A stretch of DNA of 64,000 nucleotides from Epithemia pelagica (lineage: Eukaryota; Protista; Bacillariophyta). Below are positions 21,830-32,641 of this stretch, one piece after another. The notes under the pieces are model-generated. The model saw only the letters and a list, made by a program, of their open reading frames with translations, was not told the origin of the DNA and searched no databases. Position numbers and translations under genes: made by a program. The stretch is from NCBI GenBank assembly GCA_946965045.2, contig OX337228.1:124001-188000 (forward strand), in the 5' to 3' direction. Positions within the stretch are counted from its first letter, which is position 1; each line of letters starts with the position of its first letter.

Positions 21830-22191
21830 GGTCGTTGCAAGCTGCTGCACTTTTTGCTGGGCTGCCGAAAAACTCTGGGACCGCTGCACTTTATGAAAGG
21901 GATCTTTGGGGGGTAGAAGGCGCAGAAATGCCCCTTTTCAGCTTCCGAATGAGTGTGGTGTTGAGTGAAAACCGCATTGACAGTAATCAGACTGTCGTTT
22001 GTACAATGTGGATCAGACTACTTGTCACCCTTTCACCAATGAACTTCGCAGACCCTCGGGGGTTCAAAAAAAAAGGATTTCATTTTCTCACAAAATCTGG
22101 GAAGATGAAACAGGGAGAGGTCCTTGTGCATGACAACGTACAAGTATGAAAGCTCTAAGGTACGTAAACACTTTGAATTATAATATTAATT

Positions 22192-25100
22192 TCAGCGTTC
22201 AGCTTCTTGTGCCTCCTTCCAGACTTGCTGGATGAAGGAATGCTCTTGATCCAGCGTACAACGGTGAGTCTTCATACTTACATTCACATACTTCTCAATT
22301 TCTACAAACAGGATGTCATTCGTTGTGCCCTGGTTCTTCTTGTCAAACAACTGATAGGTGAGCATATACCGCCCTGCTTTAGCGGAGAACTTGCGTACCG
22401 TGCTCAATGTCACTTTGCCAATACTCGTTCTCACCACTTCCATGAACTTTGTCTTCGTTGCTTTCTTGCTCTTCGTCAAGCGACGGAAGTATCGCTTTCC
22501 AAGACCCCATGCGTACTCGATCCCTTCACCCGCAAGTTCGCAGTGGTACTTCGGTGTCACAAGGATCTCAAGATTGCGAGAATATCGCTTTGAGAGATCA
22601 ACCGCCAGTTGTTCGAGGGCGGATCTCTCGTTCTTGAAGTCCTCACATGATCCCATCAGGTAAGTCAATGAGTATTTCTTGTATTCTTCCATCATGTCAT
22701 CGCGGACCTGTCCTGAACCATCCAACCATGTCTTACTCACATCCTTGCGGTATTCCTGGAGCTTGGTGGTGTCAATGAAACCACGCTCGCCCAGAACTTG
22801 GAAGAGACCCTTTGGTTGCCCGAGCCAGCCCTGCTCCATGACAACTCGGTCTACCTCGGTTGGTAGCTTCCTTGCTGTCGAAATTGCCTGGAGCTGGTCA
22901 AGGGATTTGGAATGGTAGGCTTGAAGTGCCCTGTCGCCATGTTGAGCTCCTTGTTGAATGTCATTTCGAATGAGCTCACCAATCAATTCTTTCTTGGACA
23001 GCTTGTGTTTCTTTGTTTGATTGGTTGGGTGGTCGAACTTCATTCGTTGTCGTTGCTCCTCCGTCAGAGGAACACCCTTAGAAGCAAATGGGCCAGGGTC
23101 CTCATCTGTGTAGACCATGGACTGCTTGGACCCTGGCTGAAGACGATGAGGGTGTGGATATGGACCAATGGACTCAACAATGGTCTCATGCATCCTGGGT
23201 ACAACTCCACCCCAATCCTTGTTCATCGTTTTCTCGTTGAGCCCATCTTTCTGTTTTCGTCCGTGGCCACTACTGTTGTCAAAAAGAAAAACAAAATCAA
23301 AAGATGGGTACAGGATCATCAAACAATCAACCAAGTCCTCGAACTGGAGGGCCATGTGGTCGTAGTTCCACCAGCCATCATTGTTGGATCCATAGTCAAA
23401 AAACGTGCAAAACGCGCTGGCATCGGTGATCTGCCGGAGCCGCTTGTGCGTGCCACCAAGGACTTGTTTGGCAGAGTCATCGGCCAAGTAGGTCTGTTGC
23501 CTACGGGATTGATTAATTGCATCAATCTTCTCGGGCGTGAGCAGGACAACTTCGCCTGCGTTGTCCAAATAGAAGCCCCATGCCCGACTCACAAATGCGC
23601 TGAGCATGAGTCCATGCCCATCGTCTTTTGGCAAAAGGACTCCACGCCCTTGATGGTCCCCCCAACTCTTCTTTGAGAAAGACCATTGCTTGAAAATGGC
23701 CTCATCTTGGCCAACAAGGACAACAGGACGACGGTCCGATGGGAAACGATGCGACAAATTTCCTCCCAGCAGCTTGTTTTCATCTTTGACATAGGATGAA
23801 AACACCTCGGGAAAACAATCAACGTGATACTCCCGCATTTGTTGATTGGTTGTTGGGTCTTCAAACTCAAAGGCCCAAACGTCCTCCATGAGCTTTTCTG
23901 ACACACCCTCAATCTCCCCGTGTTCCAGTTTGATTGCTTGGGTAGCAGGTATCTGGACCCACCGATGTGCGAGCTTCTCCAGCTCGAAGTAAGTGGAAAT
24001 GAACTGCTTCCGGGCGGCGATATTTTCCGGATCTTCGTGGCGGTCCGTGTAATAGGACTTTTTGGTTTCAGAAAATCGAAAACCAGCATAATTCAGCATC
24101 TTCCATGCTGTACTTACAGAAACACTGGGGAGATTCACTTTTTGGCGGAACTCATCCAAGGTTAGCAGCCCTGTGATGGATGGCTCCCCGTCCTGGCTCT
24201 CCGTGTCTATCTCTTTCTGATACACCACGGGGATCAAAGTATCCCGGATGTACGTGGCGGCCGTCTCGCAGGAAAGGGTCTCCAGACGTTGACTGGCCCA
24301 CTTCTGCAACAACTGGAGTGCTTCTGGGTATTGTCCCAGAAAGTATGGACATGGCTTCTTCCCTATCTGGATGTACCAGTTTGGATGGGGGAAGTTGCCA
24401 TTGACCCGGAATGCAACATTGGCTCGTTGCACAGTCCGCCAATGCTGCAGACAGCGATACGACATTTGACTCTGGTCGGTTGCATATTTGCAACACGACG
24501 TCCATGTGGCACCATCCTCCATTGTTTGGAGAGCTCGTTGATATGCCAGCCTAAGAACCCTCATTCTCATGAGCATTCTTGGGATCTGGGAGTCTTGGGG
24601 TGGCTCATCTTCACCCTTGTTGATGAGAGACAAAAAACAATCAAACCGTTGTTCCGCCAATTCAAGTGACTCAATCCACCGTTCCAGCTTCTTTCTCGTT
24701 GTCTCCCCATTCACTCTCGGACCAAAGATTTTGCTCACAACGGGCCGGTCGAAGAAATCTACGGCAGAAGAGTCACTGGAGGCATTGGAATGCTCATTGT
24801 TGTTGTTGTTTCCATTGTCGTTTCCTGTGCCTGCGGTTGTTGTTGTGGTGGTGGTTTCCAGTGCCTCTTCCAAAATCTGCTCTGGGCTTGGTGGTGATGA
24901 CGCTGCCGTTGTGGCAGTTTCATCATCATCCTTGATTGGTGTTGTGGGTTTCTTGCGTTTGTTCCTCCCTCCAATTCGAATCCGATTGTGACTTATGAAG
25001 TTAAGCCACTCCACATTCGTGTGGTTGAATTGAGGTGGTGGATCGGTCTGACGAGCCGAAACATAGTAGAATATTTGTTTCCCACCTCGACGTCGCACCT

Positions 25101-25347
25101 TGTGGCGGTAGATACCCTTGGGATTCCACTCTTGCGATAGGAAATGGAGTCGCCATTCACTACCTGAGCGCATTAAAGATCGATTCATCATTGTTACGTC
25201 GGATAATTCCGGAATCCACTGCTTCAAGAAGACGGCAATCTCAGCGTCAATAATCCACCGGTTTGTCCAGAGGAAGCGTATTGGATGGCATCTGAAGCCA
25301 AATTCGTCGCATATGGTTGTGTATGGCCCTGTATATGATTGAACCAT
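22192..25347 (-). CDS. DDE transposase, IS630/Tc1/mariner-type with long insertion
   Basis: VSVSTAWKMLNYAGF...KKSYYTDRHED (HTH-like end), LVGQDE (D1), FLFDNSSGH (D2), PKYHCELAGEGIEYAWG (IS630-like P-x-Y-x-x-E-L-x-x-x-x-I-E-x-x-W, catalytic E); ~1050 uninterrupted codons from ATG 25347. Confidence 0.85.
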   Translation of the reverse strand: MVQSYTGPYTTICDEFGFRCHPIRFLWTNRWIIDAEIAVFLKQWIPELSDVTMMNRSLMRSGSEWRLHFLSQEWNPKGIYRHKVRRRGGKQIFYYVSARQTDPPPQFNHTNVEWLNFISHNRIRIGGRNKRKKPTTPIKDDDETATTAASSPPSPEQILEEALETTTTTTTAGTGNDNGNNNNNEHSNASSDSSAVDFFDRPVVSKIFGPRVNGETTRKKLERWIESLELAEQRFDCFLSLINKGEDEPPQDSQIPRMLMRMRVLRLAYQRALQTMEDGATWTSCCKYATDQSQMSYRCLQHWRTVQRANVAFRVNGNFPHPNWYIQIGKKPCPYFLGQYPEALQLLQKWASQRLETLSCETAATYIRDTLIPVVYQKEIDTESQDGEPSITGLLTLDEFRQKVNLPSVSVSTAWKMLNYAGFRFSETKKSYYTDRHEDPENIAARKQFISTYFELEKLAHRWVQIPATQAIKLEHGEIEGVSEKLMEDVWAFEFEDPTTNQQMREYHVDCFPEVFSSYVKDENKLLGGNLSHRFPSDRRPVVLVGQDEAIFKQWSFSKKSWGDHQGRGVLLPKDDGHGLMLSAFVSRAWGFYLDNAGEVVLLTPEKIDAINQSRRQQTYLADDSAKQVLGGTHKRLRQITDASAFCTFFDYGSNNDGWWNYDHMALQFEDLVDCLMILYPSFDFVFLFDNSSGHGRKQKDGLNEKTMNKDWGGVVPRMHETIVESIGPYPHPHRLQPGSKQSMVYTDEDPGPFASKGVPLTEEQRQRMKFDHPTNQTKKHKLSKKELIGELIRNDIQQGAQHGDRALQAYHSKSLDQLQAISTARKLPTEVDRVVMEQGWLGQPKGLFQVLGERGFIDTTKLQEYRKDVSKTWLDGSGQVRDDMMEEYKKYSLTYLMGSCEDFKNERSALEQLAVDLSKRYSRNLEILVTPKYHCELAGEGIEYAWGLGKRYFRRLTKSKKATKTKFMEVVRTSIGKVTLSTVRKFSAKAGRYMLTYQLFDKKNQGTTNDILFVEIEKYVNVSMKTHRCTLDQEHSFIQQVWKEAQEAER

Positions 25348-25694
25348 TTTGTCTGTTCGGGCACAGGCAGAGAGATGGAGGATGAGGGGACTGCCCACGA
25401 TGTTCGACAGTAGCTACTTTCACTGCTCCTGGAGACTGAACCACAGGTCGAAATGCGCGACACCCCTATGATTTTCTACTACTTTTATATCTATCCTATC
25501 GATTAGGTTGGGTGGTGTTTCGCATTTCGACCGGCGAATGGCCATCGTCGCATGAAGCGGTCACTAGTCGTTATTGCATTTTGCATTTTTCAATATGTGC
25601 GTGACAAAATGTGAGGAACACGAAAACCGTAAGTGATCCGAAACGCTGGGGCACTGTGGGCTAAAGTGTAGTATACAATTTCCCGCTATGAAAA

Positions 25695-25727
25695 ACTCAT
25701 GCACTACGAAACGTGAGCCAGCTTGTA
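25695..25727 (-). repeat. right terminal inverted repeat + TA
   Basis: ACTCATGCACTACGAAACGTGAGCCAGCTTG TA, inverted copy of 18733-18765. Confidence 0.9.
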
Positions 25728-26753
25728 GAGCATGCGCAGCCGTTGGAATAGAATAGGAACAAATCGGCAAATCTGTGCTGTTCCATGAAAATGGCTCTGC
25801 AGCGCGGGGAATAAACCTGGAACAAATTTAAATCTGAGTTATTCTTCCTTGTTTTTGGCACAGATACCACGAATCTGTGCCCTGTTTTCTCCAGCAGAAA
25901 GTTGGAGCATACGAGTCTTGGAACATGAGTCACGAGACATGCTGTCCATATGTACAATCTGAATCTACATTATTATGATACCAATGCACGCGCGTCAGCA
26001 ACGTGACAGGATGACGGGCGTGACTTCAAACCGCTACATGCAAGCCAATGTCACGGGCGCGCCAAAACTTCTATTTTTTTGTTCCATTTTTGCTGCATTT
26101 TTGTTTTTTACGGCTGCACAGATTTGATCAAACGTACGAAAAACGACGCAAGACGTCCATTATGGGAATAAGACTGCGTAAGTCACGCACATTTGTTCTA
26201 ATTTTGTTCCAACGGCTGCGCATGCTCTTACTTTTGTTTTGGCCTTTCCCTGTAGTCGCAATGCAAACGACTACAAGAACGATGAACCATAACCATGCAG
26301 TGTAGATTTTAACATTGCAGAAAGCATGACGATTCGTTGTTGCCGTCGTTCTTTGGTTGCTTCTAAGCGCCTTGAACTGCGTGGCCTGTTCGCATGCGCG
26401 CACAATGCCCCGGAACCGGTCGCGCCGGCTCGGTCGGAGAGATTCAATCTCTTCACTCGTTTCCGCATCGATCACGTATTTTGCACATTCCCACGGCGAT
26501 ATGGGTAATCACTTTGGATTGTGGAGCAAACCTATAACCAATGGACAGGTAAGTTAGTCCACAACAGCTCGCGCCAACCGTCAACTCAGTGAAAACGACT
26601 CAACCTCACGGCTCGTTTCCACATCCACCAGGAGTCTGCACCTTCTAATGAGTCTGTTGCACTCATAAATTTCGTCAAGCTACGAACTGCATCTTGAAGA
26701 ACATTTTATGGTCACACTGTTAAAGCGTTGGGATCCGTTGACATCTGAATTCG

Positions 26754-29438
26754 ATGGATATAATGTCGAACAAGAAGCCACCGTCTGTAGTTGCAGTCAA
26801 AAGCGACAATGAGTTCAAACATCCTCTGGAAGATGTGTTTCAAGCTCTGGATTCTTACGACTCAGAAGGATCGACATGTACCGGTGGTATTGCCACTGAT
26901 TTGCCCGCCATGCCAGGGCTTGTGGTACAAGGAGTCGGTGAGATTTTGCTGCCGTTAAATCAAGAAACTGCAACCAAGCTCAAGGCCGCTGCTCGACAAG
27001 CTCCTCATGGACGTGGTATGGAAACCATCATTGACAAATCAGTCCGTGATACTTTGCAAGTGGATGCCGATAAGGTGACCTTGACCAATCCAGCCTGGTC
27101 TGCTGGCATCAAAGAACTGACAAGGAAGGTATCTACAGATCTCGGCGTCAATCCTGACCTGGTCCGTAGTGAATTGTACAAACTCTTGCTCTATGAGGAA
27201 GGAGGCTTTTTCAAAAAGCATCGCGATACGGAAAAGGCCGACGGAATGTTTGCCACTTTGGTGGTGCAACTACCAAGTCGGTTTACGGGAGGCTCTTTCG
27301 TTGTGACTCACAATGGTAACACCAGGACATTTTCGATGCAAGATCCCAAAACGTCGCCTTATTGTTGTCACTATGTGGCACATTATGCGGATTGTGAGCA
27401 TGAGATCTTGCCCATTGAGTCGGGCCATCGCGTCGCTTTGATTTATTCTCTTTGCTACACGGGCAACAAAGTTTCCAGACCGTCTGTCGCAAATATTAAA
27501 GAAGGTCCGTTAGAGTCCGCCATGCAGCGATTGGACGCCGAGACGGATGAGGCTCTTTTTGCGATTCCCATGGATCATCAATATACCACGGCTTCGTTGG
27601 CACGTCTGGGAGTGGGCGCTCTCAAGGGCAAGGACCGATCCTTGGCACAGACGATTGGTCGAGTAGAGGGATGGGAATTGTTGGTTGCAAAAGCCGAAAA
27701 GACGGCGCACGAAGAGCTTCTCTATAATCCTGTTACAGGATTTGATGTGGACGAGATATCAGATTCGGTAGACTTTAGGTTCGAAGAATTGTTTTAGCGA
27801 GATGGGAAGGATGCGAAAGCACATGGAACCTGGCTCACATCCCATCTAGACCTTTTCAGTTTTAAAGTAGGAGGCATGATGATGGCGGACATGACTGTTT
27901 CTCGGGCAATGTGGGGAAGCGGACACTCATCCTCGGTCGAGTATACTGGAAACGAAGGGGCGACACGGGAGACAACCTATAGCACCTATATTATGGTTGC
28001 CTTTTCGAAGGACGGAGTCTTTGACAATGTGTGTCATTCCGATTTTCCCCATGCGATTCGAATGGTGCGCGGAAACCCCAGCCTTCTGAATCGTGCCTTG
28101 GAGTACATGAAGCGATCCAAGCCAAGCATTTCATCCAAGGACTTTGTTACCTTGTACACTCTGATTCAAGAAACGAGCTCTTTTTGGCCGTCCTTCCATA
28201 TGATTCTAGGGGGTTTGGCGCCTCGACCTGATCATCTTATCCCTCCCGTCAGTTCCATCTTGGCCTCCGTGATAACGAAACATGGATGGGACAATGAGAA
28301 GATTGCGCCTGTCCGCCTTTTTCTGAAAGGAGTTGCTGACACGGCAATCAATGCAGAGAATTGCAAAACACTGTTGCAAGTCGTGGACAAGTTACTTTCC
28401 ATTCAAAAAATGCTCAAAGACAAGGCACCCATGGAGTCCCTGATAAGCGGGACAATCCATGCGTTTGATGCAGCCACAGGAACATCTTCATTGTCTTACT
28501 ATGAGTCCAATGATAAAGGTCGAAAAGAAATCTACAATCATATTGAAACGCTTTCCAAGGTACATGGATGGCAAAGTAGTGTTGCATCGGTTGCCAAAGT
28601 CTGCTTTGCTCGAATCCGTACCACCAAACCAGACGATCCGCCAGATAGGACAAAGCTTTGGAAGGGTCAGATTGCGGTGATTCAATCCATTCCTACCAAT
28701 GTCCCGGGCACCGACACGGACCAACTTTGCGAATCCGTTTTGGACGAGTTTGTCGCGGCCCTGAAAGGTGCAACCGTGTGGAAATCCTCCCATTTTCGCG
28801 TCTTGTGCAAGGCATTGTACCGGTACGGAACTCCCACCCTCTTTCAGCGTGTCCAGCGCTGGGCCTCCTCCACGACGGCCAGTCTATCGAAACTGGAACG
28901 TGTCGACTCGGAATTCCAATCGTTGAGGAACTCGACGAATACGATCCGCTCGAGGCACCCCATGGCCCGAGACGAGTGTATTGCCATGATCCACAAACGG
29001 GTCTGCGCCATGAAAGGGGATGTCCAGCAGCAGACACTTCCGCAAGAGAACAAGGATCCGGTTCGAACGACGACAAGTCATCCTCCAACTGAAGGCAAGC
29101 AAACCTCGAGTGGTTCGTGGAGCATTCCGACTGCTCCCACGGGCCATGCCGGGATCGACGGTTTTTTGGGCAGTGAGGAGTCGGGACCACGTGAGATTTG
29201 CGTGGGAGGTGGCATTGCCAATGCCCGGAATTTGGCACGTCGTTGGGGTGGTTTGTCAGTTTTGTCGTCGTCGGTCAATGAGAAGTTGCACGTTCGCATT
29301 CGAGAAACGTCCAAGACGGGCGCCAAGGCGTCGGTGATTGTGACCAAGACCAGAATGATAACCACCAGCAAACCTTAGGTCCAGCAGCAGCAGCAAGCAG
29401 CTGGTACGGCACGGAATGTCATTGTGATTGAGGAATGA
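26754..29438 (+). pseudogene. 2OG-Fe(II) dioxygenase/helical-repeat paralog 5, intact catalytic motifs but two in-frame TAG codons
   Basis: ORFs 26754-27797 and 27876-29378 are in the same frame, joined by TAG at 27795-27797 where paralogs read ELFHQDG. A second TAG at 29376-29378 is followed in frame by VQQQQQAAGTARNVIVIEE* (to 29438). Confidence 0.8.
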
Positions 29439-30253
29439 GTCCAAATTGTCGACTTTTTGTGTTTTTAAGAATTGAAATATAGTAATTTGCTTGTGAATGG
29501 TTGACCTTCTGGGAGTGTCGCCAGTGATTGACCCTTTTCTTGGCCTGGTGGCTGGCGGCCAAGGTCTTGTACTACCTATATACGCAGTGTGGATGCTTTC
29601 TTGTCGTACTAATGTCGTTCGGCATGTAGCCATGTTTGTGAGAGTTCAATCTGCACCACTGCAACCGCTCATTTGGAGTCTCTTGTTTCTTGCATAACAT
29701 CAATACGTCCCAAGGCATTTCGAGGTGGTTTGGGTGTTGGGTGACCAAGGGCGAGGAGGGGGGGGCTTTGGTTGTCGAACCCACCAAAAAAGGTGACAAT
29801 CACGCAAACTGCAGGATCCAGATGCATCGTCATGCGTGCTGCCAGCAAAGTCTGAATGGGCTGGCGCGGCTCGAGTGATCGGTCGACGGAGTGCGTCGCG
29901 GATAGATTGCATGACACAGGACACACACGCACCTCTCATTTTTCTCAGTTCGTATCTTTTTGTCCATTGATCTGCTGGACGTTGTCGAGCCGTGTGTTGT
30001 CGATTGCCGTCTTGTTCCTTCTACAGACCGAATATTCGCATTGTCTCATCTCCCATAGATTGCTTGGAAAAATAGCGGTCCTTGCTGTCGTGTTTGTCCA
30101 TTGGCAGAAGAGACGGCTGGACAAAAACACGAGATTGAACAGACCGATACTCTAAAAGAAGAAGACGAAGACGAACGGTGTCATCGGGCTCAGTCCGAAT
30201 TGGTCCAAGTCCAGAAACGGTTGCGTTTGAGAAACAGACAGACACAGCGTACA

Positions 30254-32641
30254 ATGAGTGCATCGCGCTGTCGATCCGTGACGGCATGGTTTGGCGTATG
30301 GCCGTGCTCGTCCTGGCTGGTAGGACTACTGTGGAACGTGGTCTGGGTCGTGGCTTCTTCTGCTGCCAGCAGCCCGTCGGACCATGATTCAGTGTCTTCT
30401 TTCAGATCTCTGGTACGGTCCGTGGAAAATGGACGGTTTGGCCATGGCTTTCGGACCGAATCGGGACGCGGATTTCAGCAAACATATGAGGAACCAACAA
30501 GAGTCGTCGACTCGTCGAATGACAACAACAATTCTCCAGACCATCATGTCTGGTGGAATCGTCCCGAATGGACCTTGGTCCTTGTCTTGGTCGGTGTCAT
30601 TGTCTATGCCCTCGTCTTGTTTGCCGCCTGGCATTGTCTCTGGCCTCGCTACCGCTTTGCCATGGCGCGTCGGATTGCCACCACGGCCGTTTGGAAAGAC
30701 GCCATGAATCACAATTCTCAAAATACTCAAACTCAGTACCACTATCCCACTCCCAAATCAGGCATTTATACGGCCCATTACAAGGAATTGGGCACGGCCA
30801 ATCGACGCTTTCATACCACGACGCATTTGAAATTTCATCCCCTCCCACCCACCATGACCCGGAGATTGTTGCGACGACTCGAACGACACCGGCAACACCA
30901 ACAACAACGATTTCTCCAGGGGATTCCCTACGACCCGACTCCGGCGGCACCACCACCAATCACCGACGACAACAACAACCATGACCCACGACCCGTCGTC
31001 TTGTATTCCATTACCGGCGAAGGTCACGATTCGCAAAATGGCGGCAATTTTACCGTGACCGAAGGCTTGCTGTCTGTCGTGACCGGACAAGCCTATTGGA
31101 TGGAACAAGCACAATTGGCACCGCCCGTCATTGAAGGGTCTGGTCGGAGTGGTCGGTATTGGTACAAACGACCGCCACGACAAGCACGTCTCGCTGCCAT
31201 TTTGAATACGGGCACCTTTGATTTGCATCACGATACCTTTTCGGGTGGATGGAAGGCCCAAAATGCCACCCTGACGCGCGGACAATACATTGGCTTTCGA
31301 TTTCTGTCTACCCAACAAGCCCATGTGGGAGAAGCAGGCCAAGACGGCCAAGAAGGATTGCCCGTGGTGGACGAGGAAGCTGCTCTCTCGTTGCACAACG
31401 CCACGGCGACGACGAATCGAGAGGAGCCTGTGTCAGCCCCCGGAATGACGGCTGTGACCATGGAACCACAAACCGTCCATACGGCGGCTACTACTACTAC
31501 TACTACGAAAGCAACCATTGTGGAACTGACACCACTGAGCGCAACGACAACAACAACAACAACAACAGGATTGAAACCGCCACCTCCATCGCAAGACGAG
31601 GTCTTGATGATGAAACCTCCTCCACCACCACCACCCGAGGCCGTTTCGAAAAACCCACAACCACAACCGACACGACAAGCCAAACCACCACCACTTGCAG
31701 TGTCCGAGGCAACGACGACCACGATCACCCATTCGCCGCCCGTGGCCGCCTCTACGGTTGTAGTCACTGTGCCCCATAAAACCAACCAGCACAATGATGA
31801 AGAAGCGTCCGCTCTCACGACATCTACCAACGGTAGTCCGCACAAAAACGACCCACCGCAACCACTGTCTCAACCCAAACCACCACCAGCACAATCAGCA
31901 GCAGCAGTGGAATCGCAAGACCAGGCGTCCAACCGCAAATCACCACCACCAACGACACCACCAGCAGAATCACAACCACCAGCACCACTGGAGCAAGAAC
32001 CAGCGCACGAGCAACTGCCATTGTCCGCTGATATGCAACAACCAGCACAACTCGAACGACAAGAACAACAGGCATCACTGCCCAGTACACCCAACAAGAA
32101 GAAACGAAACAAGAAAAAGAAGAAAAAGAAAACACCCTCGCGTGGAGGAGGAGGAACTACTACAACGGGGGTGGTCGTGGTACCTCCTCCTGTGGCAGCT
32201 CCGCCCCCACCACCGCCATCGGGCCACGAGGAGTCGACACGCATACCTCCCACTCCAGCAACAGCCGCGGTAGCGACAACAAGTGGTTCCCAGGATCGTA
32301 GTACCACCCGAAGCGATGGAACACCCACACTCACAGTCAAGGGCATTGTCAAAGCAGCTGTTACTCCCAGCAGCAGCAATAGCACCAGTGCCATGTCCTA
32401 TGCCGCCATGGTCCGCAAAACGAGTACAACGTCTTCCTCTTTGGATGGAAAACTCCCACCCACAATGGTGGCACGGTCCTCTTCGGCGGATGCCGATGCT
32501 GTCAGTGTCGTATCGGCTGGCAGTGCGGCCACCAGTGGTTCGGCCAACCACAAACCAAAAACGCCCGTCGCAACCTCGTCTTCGCCACCCTTGTCGTTTC
32601 GCAGTACCTACGATAGTTCCAAATACACGGCCTCGTCCTAA
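30254..32641 (+). CDS. single-pass membrane protein: signal peptide, short luminal part, TM helix, cytosolic beta-domain, long P/T/S-rich tail
   Basis: Hydrophobic N-terminus, TM WTLVLVLVGVIVYALVLFAAW, domain SGIYTAHY...ITGEGHD...FTVTEG...TGQAYWME shared with the 40208 gene; ATG chosen at 30254. Confidence 0.8.
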   Translation: MSASRCRSVTAWFGVWPCSSWLVGLLWNVVWVVASSAASSPSDHDSVSSFRSLVRSVENGRFGHGFRTESGRGFQQTYEEPTRVVDSSNDNNNSPDHHVWWNRPEWTLVLVLVGVIVYALVLFAAWHCLWPRYRFAMARRIATTAVWKDAMNHNSQNTQTQYHYPTPKSGIYTAHYKELGTANRRFHTTTHLKFHPLPPTMTRRLLRRLERHRQHQQQRFLQGIPYDPTPAAPPPITDDNNNHDPRPVVLYSITGEGHDSQNGGNFTVTEGLLSVVTGQAYWMEQAQLAPPVIEGSGRSGRYWYKRPPRQARLAAILNTGTFDLHHDTFSGGWKAQNATLTRGQYIGFRFLSTQQAHVGEAGQDGQEGLPVVDEEAALSLHNATATTNREEPVSAPGMTAVTMEPQTVHTAATTTTTTKATIVELTPLSATTTTTTTTGLKPPPPSQDEVLMMKPPPPPPPEAVSKNPQPQPTRQAKPPPLAVSEATTTTITHSPPVAASTVVVTVPHKTNQHNDEEASALTTSTNGSPHKNDPPQPLSQPKPPPAQSAAAVESQDQASNRKSPPPTTPPAESQPPAPLEQEPAHEQLPLSADMQQPAQLERQEQQASLPSTPNKKKRNKKKKKKKTPSRGGGGTTTTGVVVVPPPVAAPPPPPPSGHEESTRIPPTPATAAVATTSGSQDRSTTRSDGTPTLTVKGIVKAAVTPSSSNSTSAMSYAAMVRKTSTTSSSLDGKLPPTMVARSSSADADAVSVVSAGSAATSGSANHKPKTPVATSSSPPLSFRSTYDSSKYTASS

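Larger units (their letters stand above)
18735..25725 (-). mobile_element. IS630/Tc1/mariner-type DNA transposon (~6.99 kb) with cargo genes
   Basis: 33-bp inverted repeat including flanking TA (18733-18765 vs 25695-25727, 1 mismatch); TA on both sides; encloses a DDE transposase ORF, a SET gene and two orphan ORFs. Confidence 0.85.

Noticed and set aside
21830-22191. SETMAR-like SET-transposase fusion
   Set aside because: The transposase ends with TGA at 22192, the SET gene has its own ATG ~360 nt downstream, and the order is opposite to SETMAR. A spliced fusion is not supported by anything visible, though RNA-seq would be needed to exclude it.
18813-25659. CACAGTG (RSS heptamer-like) near both TIRs (18814 and 25652)
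   Set aside because: Unequal distances from the TIRs, no nonamer, and the transposase is not Transib/RAG-like; probably chance or a subterminal motif.
27760-27800. Intron removing the TAG in paralog 5
   Set aside because: The codons directly before the TAG (VDFRFEELF) align with paralog exonic sequence (EVCFKELF), and the only nearby GT would give a ~30-nt intron.
27795-29378. TAG reassigned to an amino acid (alternative genetic code)
   Set aside because: TAG terminates other ORFs at sensible positions (744, 10136, 41626, pol at 48350).
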